In this document: positions 41,727 through 53,975 of the stretch, one piece after another
How the letters are laid out: each line of letters opens with the position of its first letter
Position numbering within the stretch: position 1 is the stretch's first letter
From: Savitreella phatthalungensis
Taxonomy: Eukaryota
Direction: 5' to 3'
DNA length: 64,000 nucleotides
Assembly (NCBI GenBank): GCA_051599415.1
Contig: AP039707.1
Span: 1 to 64,000 of the forward strand
Program-made: the position numbers and the translations under genes
Notes under the pieces: model-generated
Database searches by the model: none
Told to the model about the DNA's origin: nothing
The model's input: the letters and a program-made list of their open reading frames with translations, nothing else

Positions 41727-44324
41727 ATGTCAACGCCTGCATGCCACTTCTCACAGAGAACAGCTCAAGAGACAGCGCATGAGTTGCATACGGATGTCGA
41801 CCAGGGTCTATCGCAGGAGGATGCACGATTCAAGCTGGCGAACCATGGACCGAACGAGCTCGAGGCAGAAGACGAGGAGAACATGCTGGTCAAGTACATC
41901 AAAGGCTTCGTCGAGCAGCCTCTAATTCTCCTCCTGCTCGGATCTGCCGGAGTCTCCCTTCTTCTTGGCAATGTAGACGACGCAATCTCCATCTTTCTCG
42001 CCCTGGTCATCGTCGTTACTGTCGGGTTCGTGCAGGAGTATAGATCAGAGAAATCACTTGCCGCCCTCAATCGGCTCGTTCCACACTACTGCTCGCTCGT
42101 ACGCGAGGGCAAGACATCTCATGTGCTCGCCAATGCACTCGTCCCGGGCGATATCGTTGTCTTCTCTGTCGGAGATCGTATTCCAGCAGACGTTCGTCTC
42201 ATCAAGGCAAGCGAGCTACAGGTTGACGAAAGTTCTCTCACTGGCGAAGCAGAACCACGGCACAAGTCACTCGATAAGCTCGACCGAGCTGTAGGCGTGT
42301 CTGAACGCGACAACACAGCTTACATGGGCACGCTTGTCACGCACGGCAATGGCCGAGGTATCGTCGTCGGTACCGCCACCGAGTCGGAGTTTGGCGCCAT
42401 CTGGGCGTCCATGCAAAATGCAGACAAACCCCGGACACCCCTCCAGCAGGCCATGGACAAGCTTGGCAGCCAGCTGTCGTACGTCAGCTTTGCACTCATT
42501 GGCTGCATCATCCTCCTCGGTATCATCCAGGGTCGATCTTGGCTCGAGATGTTCACGATCGGTGTCTCGCTCGCTGTCGCTGCGATTCCCGAGGGATTGC
42601 CAATCATCGTTACCGTGACGCTTGCGCTCGGCGTTTTGCGTATGGCCGATAGAAAGGCGATCGTGCGTCGATTGCCATCGGTCGAGACACTCGGCAGTGT
42701 CAATGTCATCTGTTCGGACAAGACCGGTACACTAACGATGAACCACATGACTGTCACAAAGTTCTGGGCCGCACGGACGAGCAAGTACACGACATCGCCC
42801 TTCCACGCAGCTGCCGCCTCGGACATCTCCGAGCTCCTCGAGGTAGGCAATTTGTGCAACGACGCTGTCATCAAGGATGGCAAGGTTGTCGGCCAGGCTA
42901 CCGATGTCGCCCTGATCGAAGTACTTTCCAGCTTCAATCGTTCAGATGAGCGCGAGAGCAGACACAAAATTTCAGAAGTCCCTTTCTCCTCCGATCGGAA
43001 GTACATGTCGACCACATACAAGGGTGGAGTTTACATGAAGGGCGCACTCGAGGAAGTCTTGAAACGAAGTTCCAACGCAGATGAGGTGGATAACGCAGCC
43101 CATGAAGCCTCTCGGAAGCTCTCAGACGAAGGGCTGCGTGTGATCGCGCTTGCTTCTGGCGAGTCCGACGATGCACTCGTGTTCCGTGGACTTGTCGGCT
43201 GCCATGATCCGCCCCGGAAGGGAGTCGAGCGATCCATCAGACGGCTCAACAAGAGCGGCGTCAAGGTGGTCATGATTACGGGCGACTCCGCTGCCACGGC
43301 AGCCGCCATTGCACGATCCCTCGAAATTCTTCGCACACGTGAGCAGGTCCTGCTGGGCTCAGACGTGGAAAAGATGGATGAGCGTCAGCTGGCAGACCAG
43401 CTCGACACGGTGTCTGTGTTTGCGAGGACAACACCGAAGCACAAGATGAAGATTGTTCGGGCGTTCCAGCGGCGTGGTGACGTGGTAGCAATGACCGGTG
43501 ACGGCGTCAACGACGCACCTGCTCTGAAGATCGCAGACATCGGCGTGGCGATGGGCAAGGACGGCACAGATGTGGCAAAGGAAGCTGCAGATATGATCCT
43601 GACGGACGACGACTTCTCCACCATCCTTCATGCGATCGAGGAAGGCAAGGGCATCTTCGCCAACATCCAATGTTTCCTGGCATTCCAGCTGTCGACCTCA
43701 CTTGCAGCGTTATCACTGATTGCGCTCGCGACCATCTTCGGGTTCGAGAACCCGCTGAACGCGATGCAGATCTTGTGGATCAACATCCTCATGGACGGTC
43801 CGCCGGCGCAGTCGCTCGGTGTCGAGAAGGTCGATCCTGCGGTCATGTCAGCACCTCCGCGTGACAAGGACTCCCCCGTGCTGACGTCTGCCATCATCCG
43901 ACGTGTGTGCGTCCAGGCTGGCGTGATTGTGGCTGGCGTGATGGCCGTCTTCTACTACGAGCTCACTGCAGACGGGCTCGTCAACCGTCGCGACACCACC
44001 ATGACCTTCACCTGCTTCGTCCTCTTCGACATGTTCAACGCGCTCACGTGCAGGTCCGCCGACAAGAGTGTGGCTGAGTCTGGCGTCTTCACAAACAAGG
44101 TCTTCAACGCCGCCGTCGGCTTCTCCTTGCTCGGTCAGCTCGCCGTCATCTACGTCCCTTTCCTACAGGAGATCTTCCAGACAGAGGCTCTCGCCATCTC
44201 CGACATCATCCTCCTCACAGCCATCGCCTCCCTCGTCCTCATCGTCGACGAGACTCGAAAATACATGCGACGCAAGGGAGCGTCCTCCGCCATGCTCCTC
44301 AAACGATACAACCTTCGGGTATGA
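41727..44324 (+). CDS. PMR1: Golgi Ca2+/Mn2+ P-type ATPase (SPCA)
   Basis: [84 protein letters not shown]. Confidence 0.97.
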   Translation: MSTPACHFSQRTAQETAHELHTDVDQGLSQEDARFKLANHGPNELEAEDEENMLVKYIKGFVEQPLILLLLGSAGVSLLLGNVDDAISIFLALVIVVTVGFVQEYRSEKSLAALNRLVPHYCSLVREGKTSHVLANALVPGDIVVFSVGDRIPADVRLIKASELQVDESSLTGEAEPRHKSLDKLDRAVGVSERDNTAYMGTLVTHGNGRGIVVGTATESEFGAIWASMQNADKPRTPLQQAMDKLGSQLSYVSFALIGCIILLGIIQGRSWLEMFTIGVSLAVAAIPEGLPIIVTVTLALGVLRMADRKAIVRRLPSVETLGSVNVICSDKTGTLTMNHMTVTKFWAARTSKYTTSPFHAAAASDISELLEVGNLCNDAVIKDGKVVGQATDVALIEVLSSFNRSDERESRHKISEVPFSSDRKYMSTTYKGGVYMKGALEEVLKRSSNADEVDNAAHEASRKLSDEGLRVIALASGESDDALVFRGLVGCHDPPRKGVERSIRRLNKSGVKVVMITGDSAATAAAIARSLEILRTREQVLLGSDVEKMDERQLADQLDTVSVFARTTPKHKMKIVRAFQRRGDVVAMTGDGVNDAPALKIADIGVAMGKDGTDVAKEAADMILTDDDFSTILHAIEEGKGIFANIQCFLAFQLSTSLAALSLIALATIFGFENPLNAMQILWINILMDGPPAQSLGVEKVDPAVMSAPPRDKDSPVLTSAIIRRVCVQAGVIVAGVMAVFYYELTADGLVNRRDTTMTFTCFVLFDMFNALTCRSADKSVAESGVFTNKVFNAAVGFSLLGQLAVIYVPFLQEIFQTEALAISDIILLTAIASLVLIVDETRKYMRRKGASSAMLLKRYNLRV

Positions 44325-44570
44325 GCGTGGGTATGCATATAGGGAGAGAGAGAGAGATAGGGAGTCCCGTAGGTACTAGAGCAAAGCAATTCGAGCAAGC
44401 ATTTTGCATGATCTGACTGACTGACTGCGAGTGATCGACAAGGGAGTGATATAGATAGTAGCTACAAGGAAGATATAAAAGAGTGTGTGGGCGTGTAAGC
44501 GTTTGTTGGGGGCAGTAGCAGTGCTTGTAACGCAAACGAGCGACGTGGTTGGGATCGTGAGGTGATACAA

Positions 44571-46337
44571 TTACAAGTCACGGTCGAGAACCATGCCGCC
44601 GATAGAGGCGGAGAGGAGGGTGGCCATGATACCAGTGAGGAGTGCGGAGACTGCGACCTGGGAGACGTCCTTGGTTCTTGTGGGTGCGATGACTGCAAAC
44701 ACACCGATCTGGTTGAAGACGGAGCCGATGTTGCCGAATCCTGCGAGCGCCATCTGAGCGATGAGGCGTGCGCGAGGGGACAAGTTCGAGTAGTCGCCAC
44801 CGGACTTTGTCAAGGCAAGGAAGGCGACAAACTCGTTCTGGATGATCTTGATACCGATCAGCTGAGCGACCTTGTAGCAGTCGTAGCCAGGCACACCGAG
44901 CAGCCATGCGAGTGGCCAGAGCAGGTAGCCGAGCACGAAAGCGATCGTCAGCTGAGGCACCTGGAAGTACTTGCCGAACCAGCCGAGCAGGCCGTCAATC
45001 AGGGCGACGAGGGCAATGATACACAAAAGCATACCGGCGATCGAAGCGGCAATCCGGAGACCAGTCATGGCACCGTGGGTGAAGGCGGCGAGGACGTTTG
45101 GCTGCTTGTCCTCTGCGTCAGGGACGATGCACTTGCCGCTCGTCAGCGTCTCCTCAGTCTCGGGCCAGCGAATCTTGGAGAAGGCGATAGAGGCAGGAAT
45201 GGACATGATGCAGGAAGAGAGAAGGACCTGCGGGTTTGCGCCGAGACCGACGTATGCGCCGAACACGGAACCAGCGATCGTGGCGAATCCAGAGGTCATG
45301 ATCTGGTGGAGCTCAGCGCGGGTGAGGTAAGGCACGAATCTGCTGATCAGAATCGCGTTCTCAGCCTGGCCAATGAAGGGCGCGGCAGAAGCGGCGACAG
45401 CCTCAGCACCAGAAACGTCCATGGCCCAGTAAAAGAAGAGGGCAAACTTGCCAATGAACCATTGCAGAAGGCCGACGTGGGATGCAATAGCAACGAGCGA
45501 CACGAAGAAGATGATGGCCGGCAGGACGGCAGTGACGAAGTAGGGGAAATTGGACGGGGCTGCGAAGAGGAACGCGAAACCGTTGCCTGCAAAGCCAAGA
45601 AGGTCGACCGCGAGCTGGGAGACAAAGTGGAAGATGTCGTATCCGACGCCGGTGCGGAGGACGAAGAGCGCAATGATGAACTGGGAAATCAGACCGACCT
45701 GGACAGTCTTCCAGTTGATCCTGCGGCGGTCCTTGGAGGTCGCAAATAGAACTGCGACAAAGACGAGCATGCCGAAAAGGGAAACAGCGCGGTCCTTGCG
45801 CTTGTTGCTCGCAGACTCAGGAGAGCCCATAGAACCTGCGAGGAAAACAGCAGCTGTGAGGACTGCTCCCGCGTACCCGCGGTACTGTGTCGGGACGGTC
45901 TTGTTCAAGGTTCCGACGAAGACGGTGTTCCAGACCTTGGCGATGACGTTGAAGAGCGGCTGTGGGGAGACGTGGAAGGTAAGCAGACGGAGAGAGAAGA
46001 AGAGCCAGAGGAGGAAAGGAATGACCCAGTTGTAGACCTTGTGCTTGCCGTTTCCTGGTCTGTGAAGAACGAGGCCGGCAACCCACCATGCAGTCGCGAG
46101 CATGAAGAAGAGACCGTGCCAATAGACGCGGTAGCCAGAGTACCAGCCATCGAGACGAACGCGCGAGCGAGGCTTTGTCTCTGACTCTGCCGGGGACGAA
46201 GAGCTGCCAACCTCGTGTGTGGCCTCGGTGATGTCCTTCTTGTCCATGGACACCTGACCCTCGAACCGGGTCTCACCGACGGGCTCGATGGCGTGGTGGA
46301 CGTGCTGGTGCTGGTGCTCGTCCGTTAGATGAGCCAT
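44571..46337 (-). CDS. Concentrative nucleoside transporter (CNT/SLC28 family)
   Basis: LPAIIFF, SGAEAVAASAAPFIGQ.E, MTSGFATIAGSV, KIIQNEFVAF, GFGNIGS. Confidence 0.93.
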   Translation of the reverse strand: MAHLTDEHQHQHVHHAIEPVGETRFEGQVSMDKKDITEATHEVGSSSSPAESETKPRSRVRLDGWYSGYRVYWHGLFFMLATAWWVAGLVLHRPGNGKHKVYNWVIPFLLWLFFSLRLLTFHVSPQPLFNVIAKVWNTVFVGTLNKTVPTQYRGYAGAVLTAAVFLAGSMGSPESASNKRKDRAVSLFGMLVFVAVLFATSKDRRRINWKTVQVGLISQFIIALFVLRTGVGYDIFHFVSQLAVDLLGFAGNGFAFLFAAPSNFPYFVTAVLPAIIFFVSLVAIASHVGLLQWFIGKFALFFYWAMDVSGAEAVAASAAPFIGQAENAILISRFVPYLTRAELHQIMTSGFATIAGSVFGAYVGLGANPQVLLSSCIMSIPASIAFSKIRWPETEETLTSGKCIVPDAEDKQPNVLAAFTHGAMTGLRIAASIAGMLLCIIALVALIDGLLGWFGKYFQVPQLTIAFVLGYLLWPLAWLLGVPGYDCYKVAQLIGIKIIQNEFVAFLALTKSGGDYSNLSPRARLIAQMALAGFGNIGSVFNQIGVFAVIAPTRTKDVSQVAVSALLTGIMATLLSASIGGMVLDRDL

Positions 46338-49215
46338 GGCGAATGGGTCAACAAGGAGAGGTGGAGGGCGAGGTGGAAGAGGAAGATGGATACAGTCCAA
46401 TGGGAAAGATCACAAGATATGTGGGAGGATGTGAGTTTATGTAGCGCCTGAGAGCACGAATGTCCGAGGTCGTTGGGTCCGAGAGAGAGATAGTGGGGAC
46501 GCGCAGGAAGGGAAAGGCAGAAGGATAGAGAGCTAGTGAAAGTGAGGATACGCGGTATCTTTCTCTGTAAGCACTCCCGATGCGTGGACTTTTCCCAGAC
46601 CTTGCCTGGTTCGGCTGATTGCCTGTTTTCTTTTCATTCTTCCCTCCTGCACTGGATACGTGGATAAGACATGGCAAGTGAACGGCTGAGGGCTTGATAG
46701 CTAGCCACGGCTTTGATGAGCGGCAAGGATTTAAAGTAGAACTAAGTCTGGAGTATTCGGAGTAAGCACATGAACTTTTCCCCAGAGACCAAACCTTTCA
46801 CTGCTGATCTGGGCTGTTGTTCTTGTCGGGCTGTCGGTGATAACACGGTCAAACCAACTTATCGCAAGCTGAACGCTGTTTCTTGGTTGAGTGGCGCTTG
46901 GAAACTCTTTTTCCTGATCATCTGGTGCCAGGCTGATTTAATTGGTCACACGTTTCGAATATAGCAGAGCAGGATACGAATCGATAACCGCTCAAAGTAA
47001 ACCTCCGAAGAATCCACACAGGTCACAGATAAGATTGAGGAAGGGCAGATTGTGGCGGATGGCGCTGGAGATGGAAGTAACCGTCAGCTGTGTCAATAGC
47101 CAGCGGCAGTTCTCACCTTCTCGGACCTTGAATGCTCTCCTGGCTGGAAGGGTTCAATCGTTAAGCCGCTTGACACGGCGGAGCACACGACACTCAGGCC
47201 TTTAATCAGAACGAATACCGGCTCAACAGTCACATGGTCAAGTCCCAGAACTTTTTTGGTTGACTTTCCACGAAGTGTTTCATCGATCGCGCTCGCCGTC
47301 CTCCCTTTTCCACCGTCCAAGTGTCCTGCGGCATTTTCAATCCAATTGCGTGTGGATGCTGAAGAGCGCGTACGTTCTTTCATCACACTCTCGTACATGT
47401 GAGAAGGAGAGATAAGCGTCAAATTGCTCGGACGTGGCTCGTCCATTAATCTCTTCGGCATATCCGCCCGCCTGCTCATATCTCCTTTTCGTGTTTTGGA
47501 CTCTCTCGGCTGTTCGATCTGAAAGTGGTATCTGCAGCAGGTCGAATTTGGCAGTACCACATTTTAATCGTTCGGAAGGGGAGAAAGATCCGATTCTGAC
47601 AGGTCGCACGAGATAAGTGAAGGATCGTATTGACACGCTAGAACTGTTCATCTATCGGCTCTTACACTCGCCGGCGCTCGGTCACGCTCAGGCACAGACG
47701 CGAAAAACGACCGTACAGCGTGACATAGGTGGGTTGAAGGACATCGTGGTCTGTGCATCACGCTTGATGACAACGATTCTGTAGAGGAGTGGAATGGAGC
47801 GCGTGACGACAGTCCGTCCCACACGCAGAGAACCATGATCCCCCAGGATTACGTTTCATACGCTAGTCGGCAATTATCATTCACTCTGCACTGCCCTGCC
47901 TTGTCTTGCCCCGCCTATCGGCCTCGTGCGAAGATTTGCAGGTGACCGTGAACAGGGGCGTCTGGGGTTTCCGTCTGATTCAGGTAGCTGGGAGGACGCG
48001 TCTGCATATCTCCTGTGAGTTCTTCTCATTGCTCTTTACTTTCCTATAGCTAGTAACATTTGAGCCTTCTATACGCTCACCCCTACACATTAATCTGCGA
48101 GCTGTGGCTGTCAGATCGGCGCAATCTCTCTGTAGTCCAAGATTCGACCACGAAGGTGGCTGTCGGCCTTGTCCGATACCGCCTGAGATTGCATTCCACA
48201 TTGTATGCAAAGAATACACGAAACCTTTTTTTTTTCGGCGTGCATCCTAGGCTTGTAGTGCACAGTTTAGCCACACACGTGTGTCTATCGCAGACCTGCA
48301 TGAGGCTGAACTAGCCGCGTCCAAACCTTGGAAATAGAAACTCTGGAAGGGACATGGAATCCTGGCACTGATATTATGCGTGCTGAAGTGGGCACATGAT
48401 GGCCTCAAAGGCACCAGAATACTCGCTCTAGGCTCATTCGCAGAGACCACCGCGTCAGAATGTTCTGAGCACTAATATTCAGCGCCTGCAAGTGCTGGAC
48501 TTCAGACTGGGTTCCGACCACTGCGCTTGGTTGAACATATGGCTGACATCTTGGTCTTGAAGGCACTGATGCTCCGGATGCACCGTTACTGACCCACCAG
48601 GATAATGTGCACGTGTGCTGGTCTCTTCCGACCTGCTATGGCGCAGGTGGCGAGACTGCCCATCTTCTGGTGAACATCAGTGTTTTCCAATTTTCTTGTA
48701 TCCTTTCGTAAACCGGGAATTTCGAAAAGATCGCCGCACTCACCCTGCCCTTCCCGCGCTGACAGCTCTCTACACGGTCTATTTGCAAATTGTCCCTCCC
48801 GCGCTGACAGTCCTCCTTATGTGCTTTTGCAAATGAAATCATGTGGGATGAAGAGCGCGCTGCTGAGGAGAGACAAGTTGCTGAGGAGAGACAAGTAGCT
48901 GTGTCAAAGCAAGTATCAGATGTCAAACCTTGCTCAATATACGCTGAGGCGTCAAGCACATATCAAGGAAATAGCGAGGTCAAGACACGACAGTGGAGAA
49001 TGATCAGATGCGTCAGCAGATGTGAGTCTCTATCAGATGTTATTGATATTCGAAAAATGAGCCGAAGCGAAGAATCTGAGAATCGTATGCCCGTCGATGA
49101 AGTTGGTGCTTTTCTAATATTACAAGCCTTGTAGTCCGTAGCTCATCAATGTCAGTCGCCCATTTTGAGTTGACGTGTGATGATGAGTTGGTGCTGAGGT
49201 TGAGAGGCAAGTCGC

Positions 49216-49554
49216 TTAGAGAGCGTAGAGGGCAACGGCGGCACCGGCAATGAGAGAGCCGGAGACGTAGTTGGCGTTGGCTGCACCGGTGGCGGTCGGG
49301 CGAGCGGACGACGATGCGGCGCGCGAGCCAGATGCGGAGCCAGAGGCAGCACGCGAGCCGGAGGCAGCGGACGAGCCAGAGGCGGCAGCGCGCGATGCAG
49401 AGCCAGAGGCAGATGCAGCACGCGACGAGACAGCCGACGATGCACCAGCAACGGCGCGGGAAGCAGAGCCGGAGGCAGATGCGGCGCGCGAAGACGACGA
49501 CTGAGCCGAGACGGCGGCGACGAGGGCGAGAGCGACGGTGTAGAAGGCAACCAT
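49216..49554 (-). CDS. Small Ser/Ala-rich secreted protein, probably a GPI-anchored cell-wall protein
   Basis: Signal peptide MVAFYTVALALVAAVSAQ, SRAASASGSA repeats, hydrophobic C-terminal tail, and TATATAAA at 49619-49612. Confidence 0.85.
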   Translation of the reverse strand: MVAFYTVALALVAAVSAQSSSSRAASASGSASRAVAGASSAVSSRAASASGSASRAAASGSSAASGSRAASGSASGSRAASSSARPTATGAANANYVSGSLIAGAAVALYAL

Positions 49555-51992
49555 GATGTCTTTAGAGAGGGTGTGTGGGTGATACTCTACAAAAAGGGAC
49601 GGAAGATCATGTTTATATACCTTGGAGTCGGCACCCGGACGGTCCTCGAGGCGACAGACAGACGATTTTGTCCGGCAAGTTCGATGAAGCACCACGGGCA
49701 GAGACACACACACACATACGGTAGGGCGAAGCATTTGGTCCAGAAGAAGGGTCAATTCCTCGAGAAGCTGAGACCTGGTACCTGGTAGTACTGAGCGCAG
49801 TTGGAAAGATTCTCTGATTCGCGGCCTTGATCAGTACCCTGGGTGGTGCCGAGGGCGCCTTTCGATTGCGCGATGTGCGCCTGGTCTTGCCATAGATGGT
49901 ATGTGAATTGCTGGTCAGACATCAAGGTAACACTAAAGCAGAGGCCCTCAGAACAATCGAGATATATCTGTGCGTGCCAGAGTACTCTACAGCGATTGGC
50001 TGGACAGCCGACTGTGGTTGGCTAATGGTTGCGATCGAGACTCTCTATTTCCCTCAAAGCCTCCATAAAAATTTCCAGCGAATTCTTAGATTGCCTTATC
50101 CCTGGCTAAATTACACGATCGCCAAATATTCAATCGACCTAGATTGGCTCTACTCCCGCGCAATCTAGTACTATTTGCCTCGCCTGTTTGCCTCACTCAT
50201 ACAGACTCCCTCTCGAAACTCCTGTTGTTGATTCTGTCCCAATTCAGATTGAGGCAACGGAGTGCTTCTATTTCGAGCTATGTAATCCGGACCAGGAGAA
50301 ATAGCTCAGACCTGTCAATTTCAATCATTTTATCCTAGGATGCTGTCAGATCCTTCAAACTCTAACTGATGAAATTTCCTATTCATAGCTTTTGACCACA
50401 GTCGCCAAAAGGAGATCTATCTTGATTTGAATGACCTGACTCTAACATAACATTTCCAGCCTCCATCAAATTTCTCGCCCGCGTAATAGATCTTTCCTCG
50501 ACTGAAGTAGGCAGGCTATGTTCCGCCATCTGGGGTTCTATCACCTAGCCTGGAAAAGTTGATGGATCTATGGACCAAATTTCCGGACCCACATCCGCAA
50601 CGGATGCTCGGACCTGGCAGATGTCTGAAGCGAGGGATACAGGAAGAGATATTCAATCCATTGACTGTCAAACAAGTGATCTCGACCCGTGGAAAGGGGG
50701 TCCCGAGTACAATTAGGCTTTTTGTTTCCTTTGTCTGATCTCCCAGTTGGACCGTGCTCTGTTATGCGGACCTCCTGCTCGTCGGAAGTGAGTAAGAGAT
50801 GCTCGTTCAGGCACTGAATCACAGCATCTAGTGCCTGTCTGTACGCACAAACCCCAGACATTCTCGCACTGTCTATGTACATCCGGGATGGGAGTGCGAG
50901 CACCGCTCATGTTGGGGTACCCCGGACAATACGGATGCAAGGGTCTATTCTGCTGCATCCCTGGCTATCGTCAAGTCGTCATGTAATCATAATCCCTAAT
51001 ATGGGGCGAGAACTCGGTTCTAGGATGTTAGCACTCGGGCCGGACATCAAATAATTTGGTGGGCTATTGATCATTTCTCGTAGCCAAACATGACATTCAG
51101 CAATTTCATGCATGTCTCCCATCCCACGTACAATTTGACAGTAGTCAGCAGTGGCCAGATGAGTGGATCCAGCTCGCTTGGCAGATGGCTTTAGTTCGGC
51201 TGCCTCGCGGTAAGATGAAAACCTCCCCAACAAAGTCAATTCCCTTCAACTGAGTTGGGTTAAGAGGGTCACACGAGCAAGGAACGAAAGCCTGGTCGGA
51301 CGCTCATTCGCAAAGTCTCGATCCCCCCCGGACTCTGGCTTTACCATCAATTCATCTTGGCCGTGATCGTATCTGTACTAGACCTATCAGGTCGAGTTCA
51401 ATCACTCGAGCGGTAAAACAAAGAGGTCTCTGCAGGCTCTCGCACGGTACGGCTTTAATGAAATAGTCAAATCGGCGGACATCGGATTGCATGCATGCAT
51501 GCGAGGCTTTGATTTAGCCCGCGGGCAGGTCCATTCCGTAATTGGGACAGATTGGATGTGGTACGCTCATACAGTCTTGAGGCGGTCTTGACGGATGTCG
51601 ACAGACGCCGTTGATGGTCCTTCCCCGGATTTTGCCCTCGCCCACTCTCGCGGACCCCGCGCAAAACTGTCCGGTGCTTCTGTTTTTAGAGCTCTGTCTT
51701 TGCCTTGCATTGCGCCTCAATCCCCGCAAACTCCACAGCTTATAGCCCACAACGTGCAGCCAAGTAATGACAGGCCAAGGTCAGAGCAGTCAAGGTGAAG
51801 CATCCGAACTCGGCCGCAAGACCCCGAACACGTCGCCGAACAAGGGTAGCTACCACAGGCAGAATAGCGCACGCACTCCTATTCTCAAAAATGTCAAATA
51901 TCATAATTCGCCCTGTAAATGGATCCAAGGTTGAAGGTGCGTCTGTGACGAGATTGTGGGTTTGAGCTGTCAGAGAGGGAACCGCTTTTTCC

Positions 51993-52401
51993 CTAGGCAG
52001 CTTCGCCGATCGACTGGTACTCGTTGTACCGCTGCCTGTCTGCAAACAGGAAGTAGGCGAGGAAACCGATCACGGGGAAGAAGAACACCAGCAGACCCCT
52101 GAATCAACACGTGTCAGTTGTATGATTCGCTGGATGAGGGACAGATGAGGTCACACGAGCACTCTATCTGGGAGTGCACGTTGCCCGAGGTGGATAAGGA
52201 ATCTTACCAAAGAATCTTGCGGTTTGCAGGTCGGGATGATTTGGCGAGCTCGACAAAGATGTAGAGGTCGATAAGGAGGACGATGAAGCCGATGATGCCA
52301 CCGCCTGTGCCGTAGTTGACCAGGTTGCCGTGCCCTTGCGCTTCGATGGGCGCTGCCATTGCGCAAGTCAGGAGCGTCAGAGCAGAGATGATAAACATCA
52401 T
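51993..52401 (-). CDS. Small membrane protein with a PLDc_N-like two-helix domain; two exons
   Basis: Exon 1 at 52401-52208; intron at 52207-52099 (GTAAG...CTGAC...CAG); exon 2 at 52098-51993. Spliced product reads ...SSRPANRKILWGLLVFFFPVIGFLAYFLFADR... Confidence 0.85.
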
Positions 52402-53975
52402 GTCGCGAGATCTTTCAGATAAAAGCTTATCGCTGGTAATCTTGTACAATTGATGATGTGAGTGCTGTAGACGTTGGATCGACAACGCGTGTCTGACTGG
52501 AAAGGAAGCGCGTATGCCAGTGGGGGAAGAGATGGTGAGCGCACAGGTGGGTTGCCGTGGTAGATTGCGTAGATGTGAGAGTGAGAGTGAGAGTGAGAGT
52601 AGGAGATTGAGAGTGGGACTGAGATGGGGAAGCCCCCGGGTAGAGGATTTCCAGGGAGATTAGTGAGATAGTGAGTCAGAAGACAGTGAATAAGAATAAG
52701 GTCTAAGAATGTGCGATTGACTGAATAACCTTCTTAGAATTATGATGCAATATTGGTTCGATGTTTGTGAACAGGGGAGCCGGTTCGCTAGAGTCCATTC
52801 AGCGCGCTACATCATCTTCGTCCATAGTCAAACTACCTAGAATAATGCCTGTCAATCAATTCAGAAGATTGAGATAAATTCCACTTTAGATAATAGATTC
52901 ACTTCTGATTAGATTCAATTCAGACAATCTTTGTGGGAAGTGTATTGTACTTCTACTTCCACTCCAGTTCAACTCATGAGGGATCATTTTTGGGCTGGAT
53001 TAATTTGAGCAAGGTCAAGCAAGTCTTTATTCTGCTGCACCAGTTCCGACTATTCACAAGAGCGGGACTTGACGTCATCAGCCACACAGACACACTTTAT
53101 AGCTACCCAGTCAGTGTCTGAACCCCCTGATTGCCGAAACTGGAGTCGTAGCAGCAATTGAATAAGCAGGAGCAATAGCACGAGCAAAAGCGGCGGAGAG
53201 CTACTGAAGGCCTCAATCATAGACGGATATTTGGTAGGTCTGGCTTATAATGTGCCTGGGTCCGCAGACATAAAGCCACTTCTTGAAACCTATGTAGGTC
53301 GGGTCACTCTCACCACCGAGGAACAGATGCTCACAAGCTGGAGAAGGCTCACAGACTATAGAAGGCTCTGGCAGGTGATGCCTTGCATACAGACGCCAGT
53401 GACAGAAAAAGACCAAACTCTAGTTCTACTCACCTCGAATACTTTCTGACAGCACATTCAAGGCCCGTGAGTGGGTAAGCCTCGTCTATCAAACTGTCCA
53501 GCTTTTGAGGCTCTCTGTAACTGATTCCATTGTAATGATTGGAAGTAGATTGCTTCCACCGGGGACTCTGCTGCTAAGCAAAGCGTGTAAGCCAGTAGAC
53601 CTACAGCCAGCAGCACTGACGATTCAGCATGCAGTCCCACTCACAGCACGTCCGAGACTGAGCAGGTAAACTATAGCATAGCAATACAGGACAAACTTCC
53701 GAACAGGAAAGAGTATTTTCCATTCCCTCGCTTACTCACACTCACGTACTGGGTGAAGTGCATTATCGGTCTTCTTTGCGCACCGGCTACGTGCCTAGCC
53801 AACGCCCATACTCTGTTAGGGGTGAACGAGGGAATATCGCTTCTCAAGACTTAGCCAGACGCGACTTTTGCACGAGCACTGCGCATCATATCCACTGTCC
53901 GCCAATCCCTTGCCTGTGTCAATGAGCCGGTAGACAATACAAACCGTCAAGCCCTCTCGTTCAACCCCCAAACCC

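Noticed and set aside
44562..45749. 395-aa plus-strand ORF
   Set aside because: It is the antisense shadow of the CNT gene, caused by codon bias.
48741..48900. Short duplications (TCCCGCGCTGACAG x2; TGCTGAGGAGAGACAAGT x2)
   Set aside because: They are isolated two-copy repeats with no further structure.
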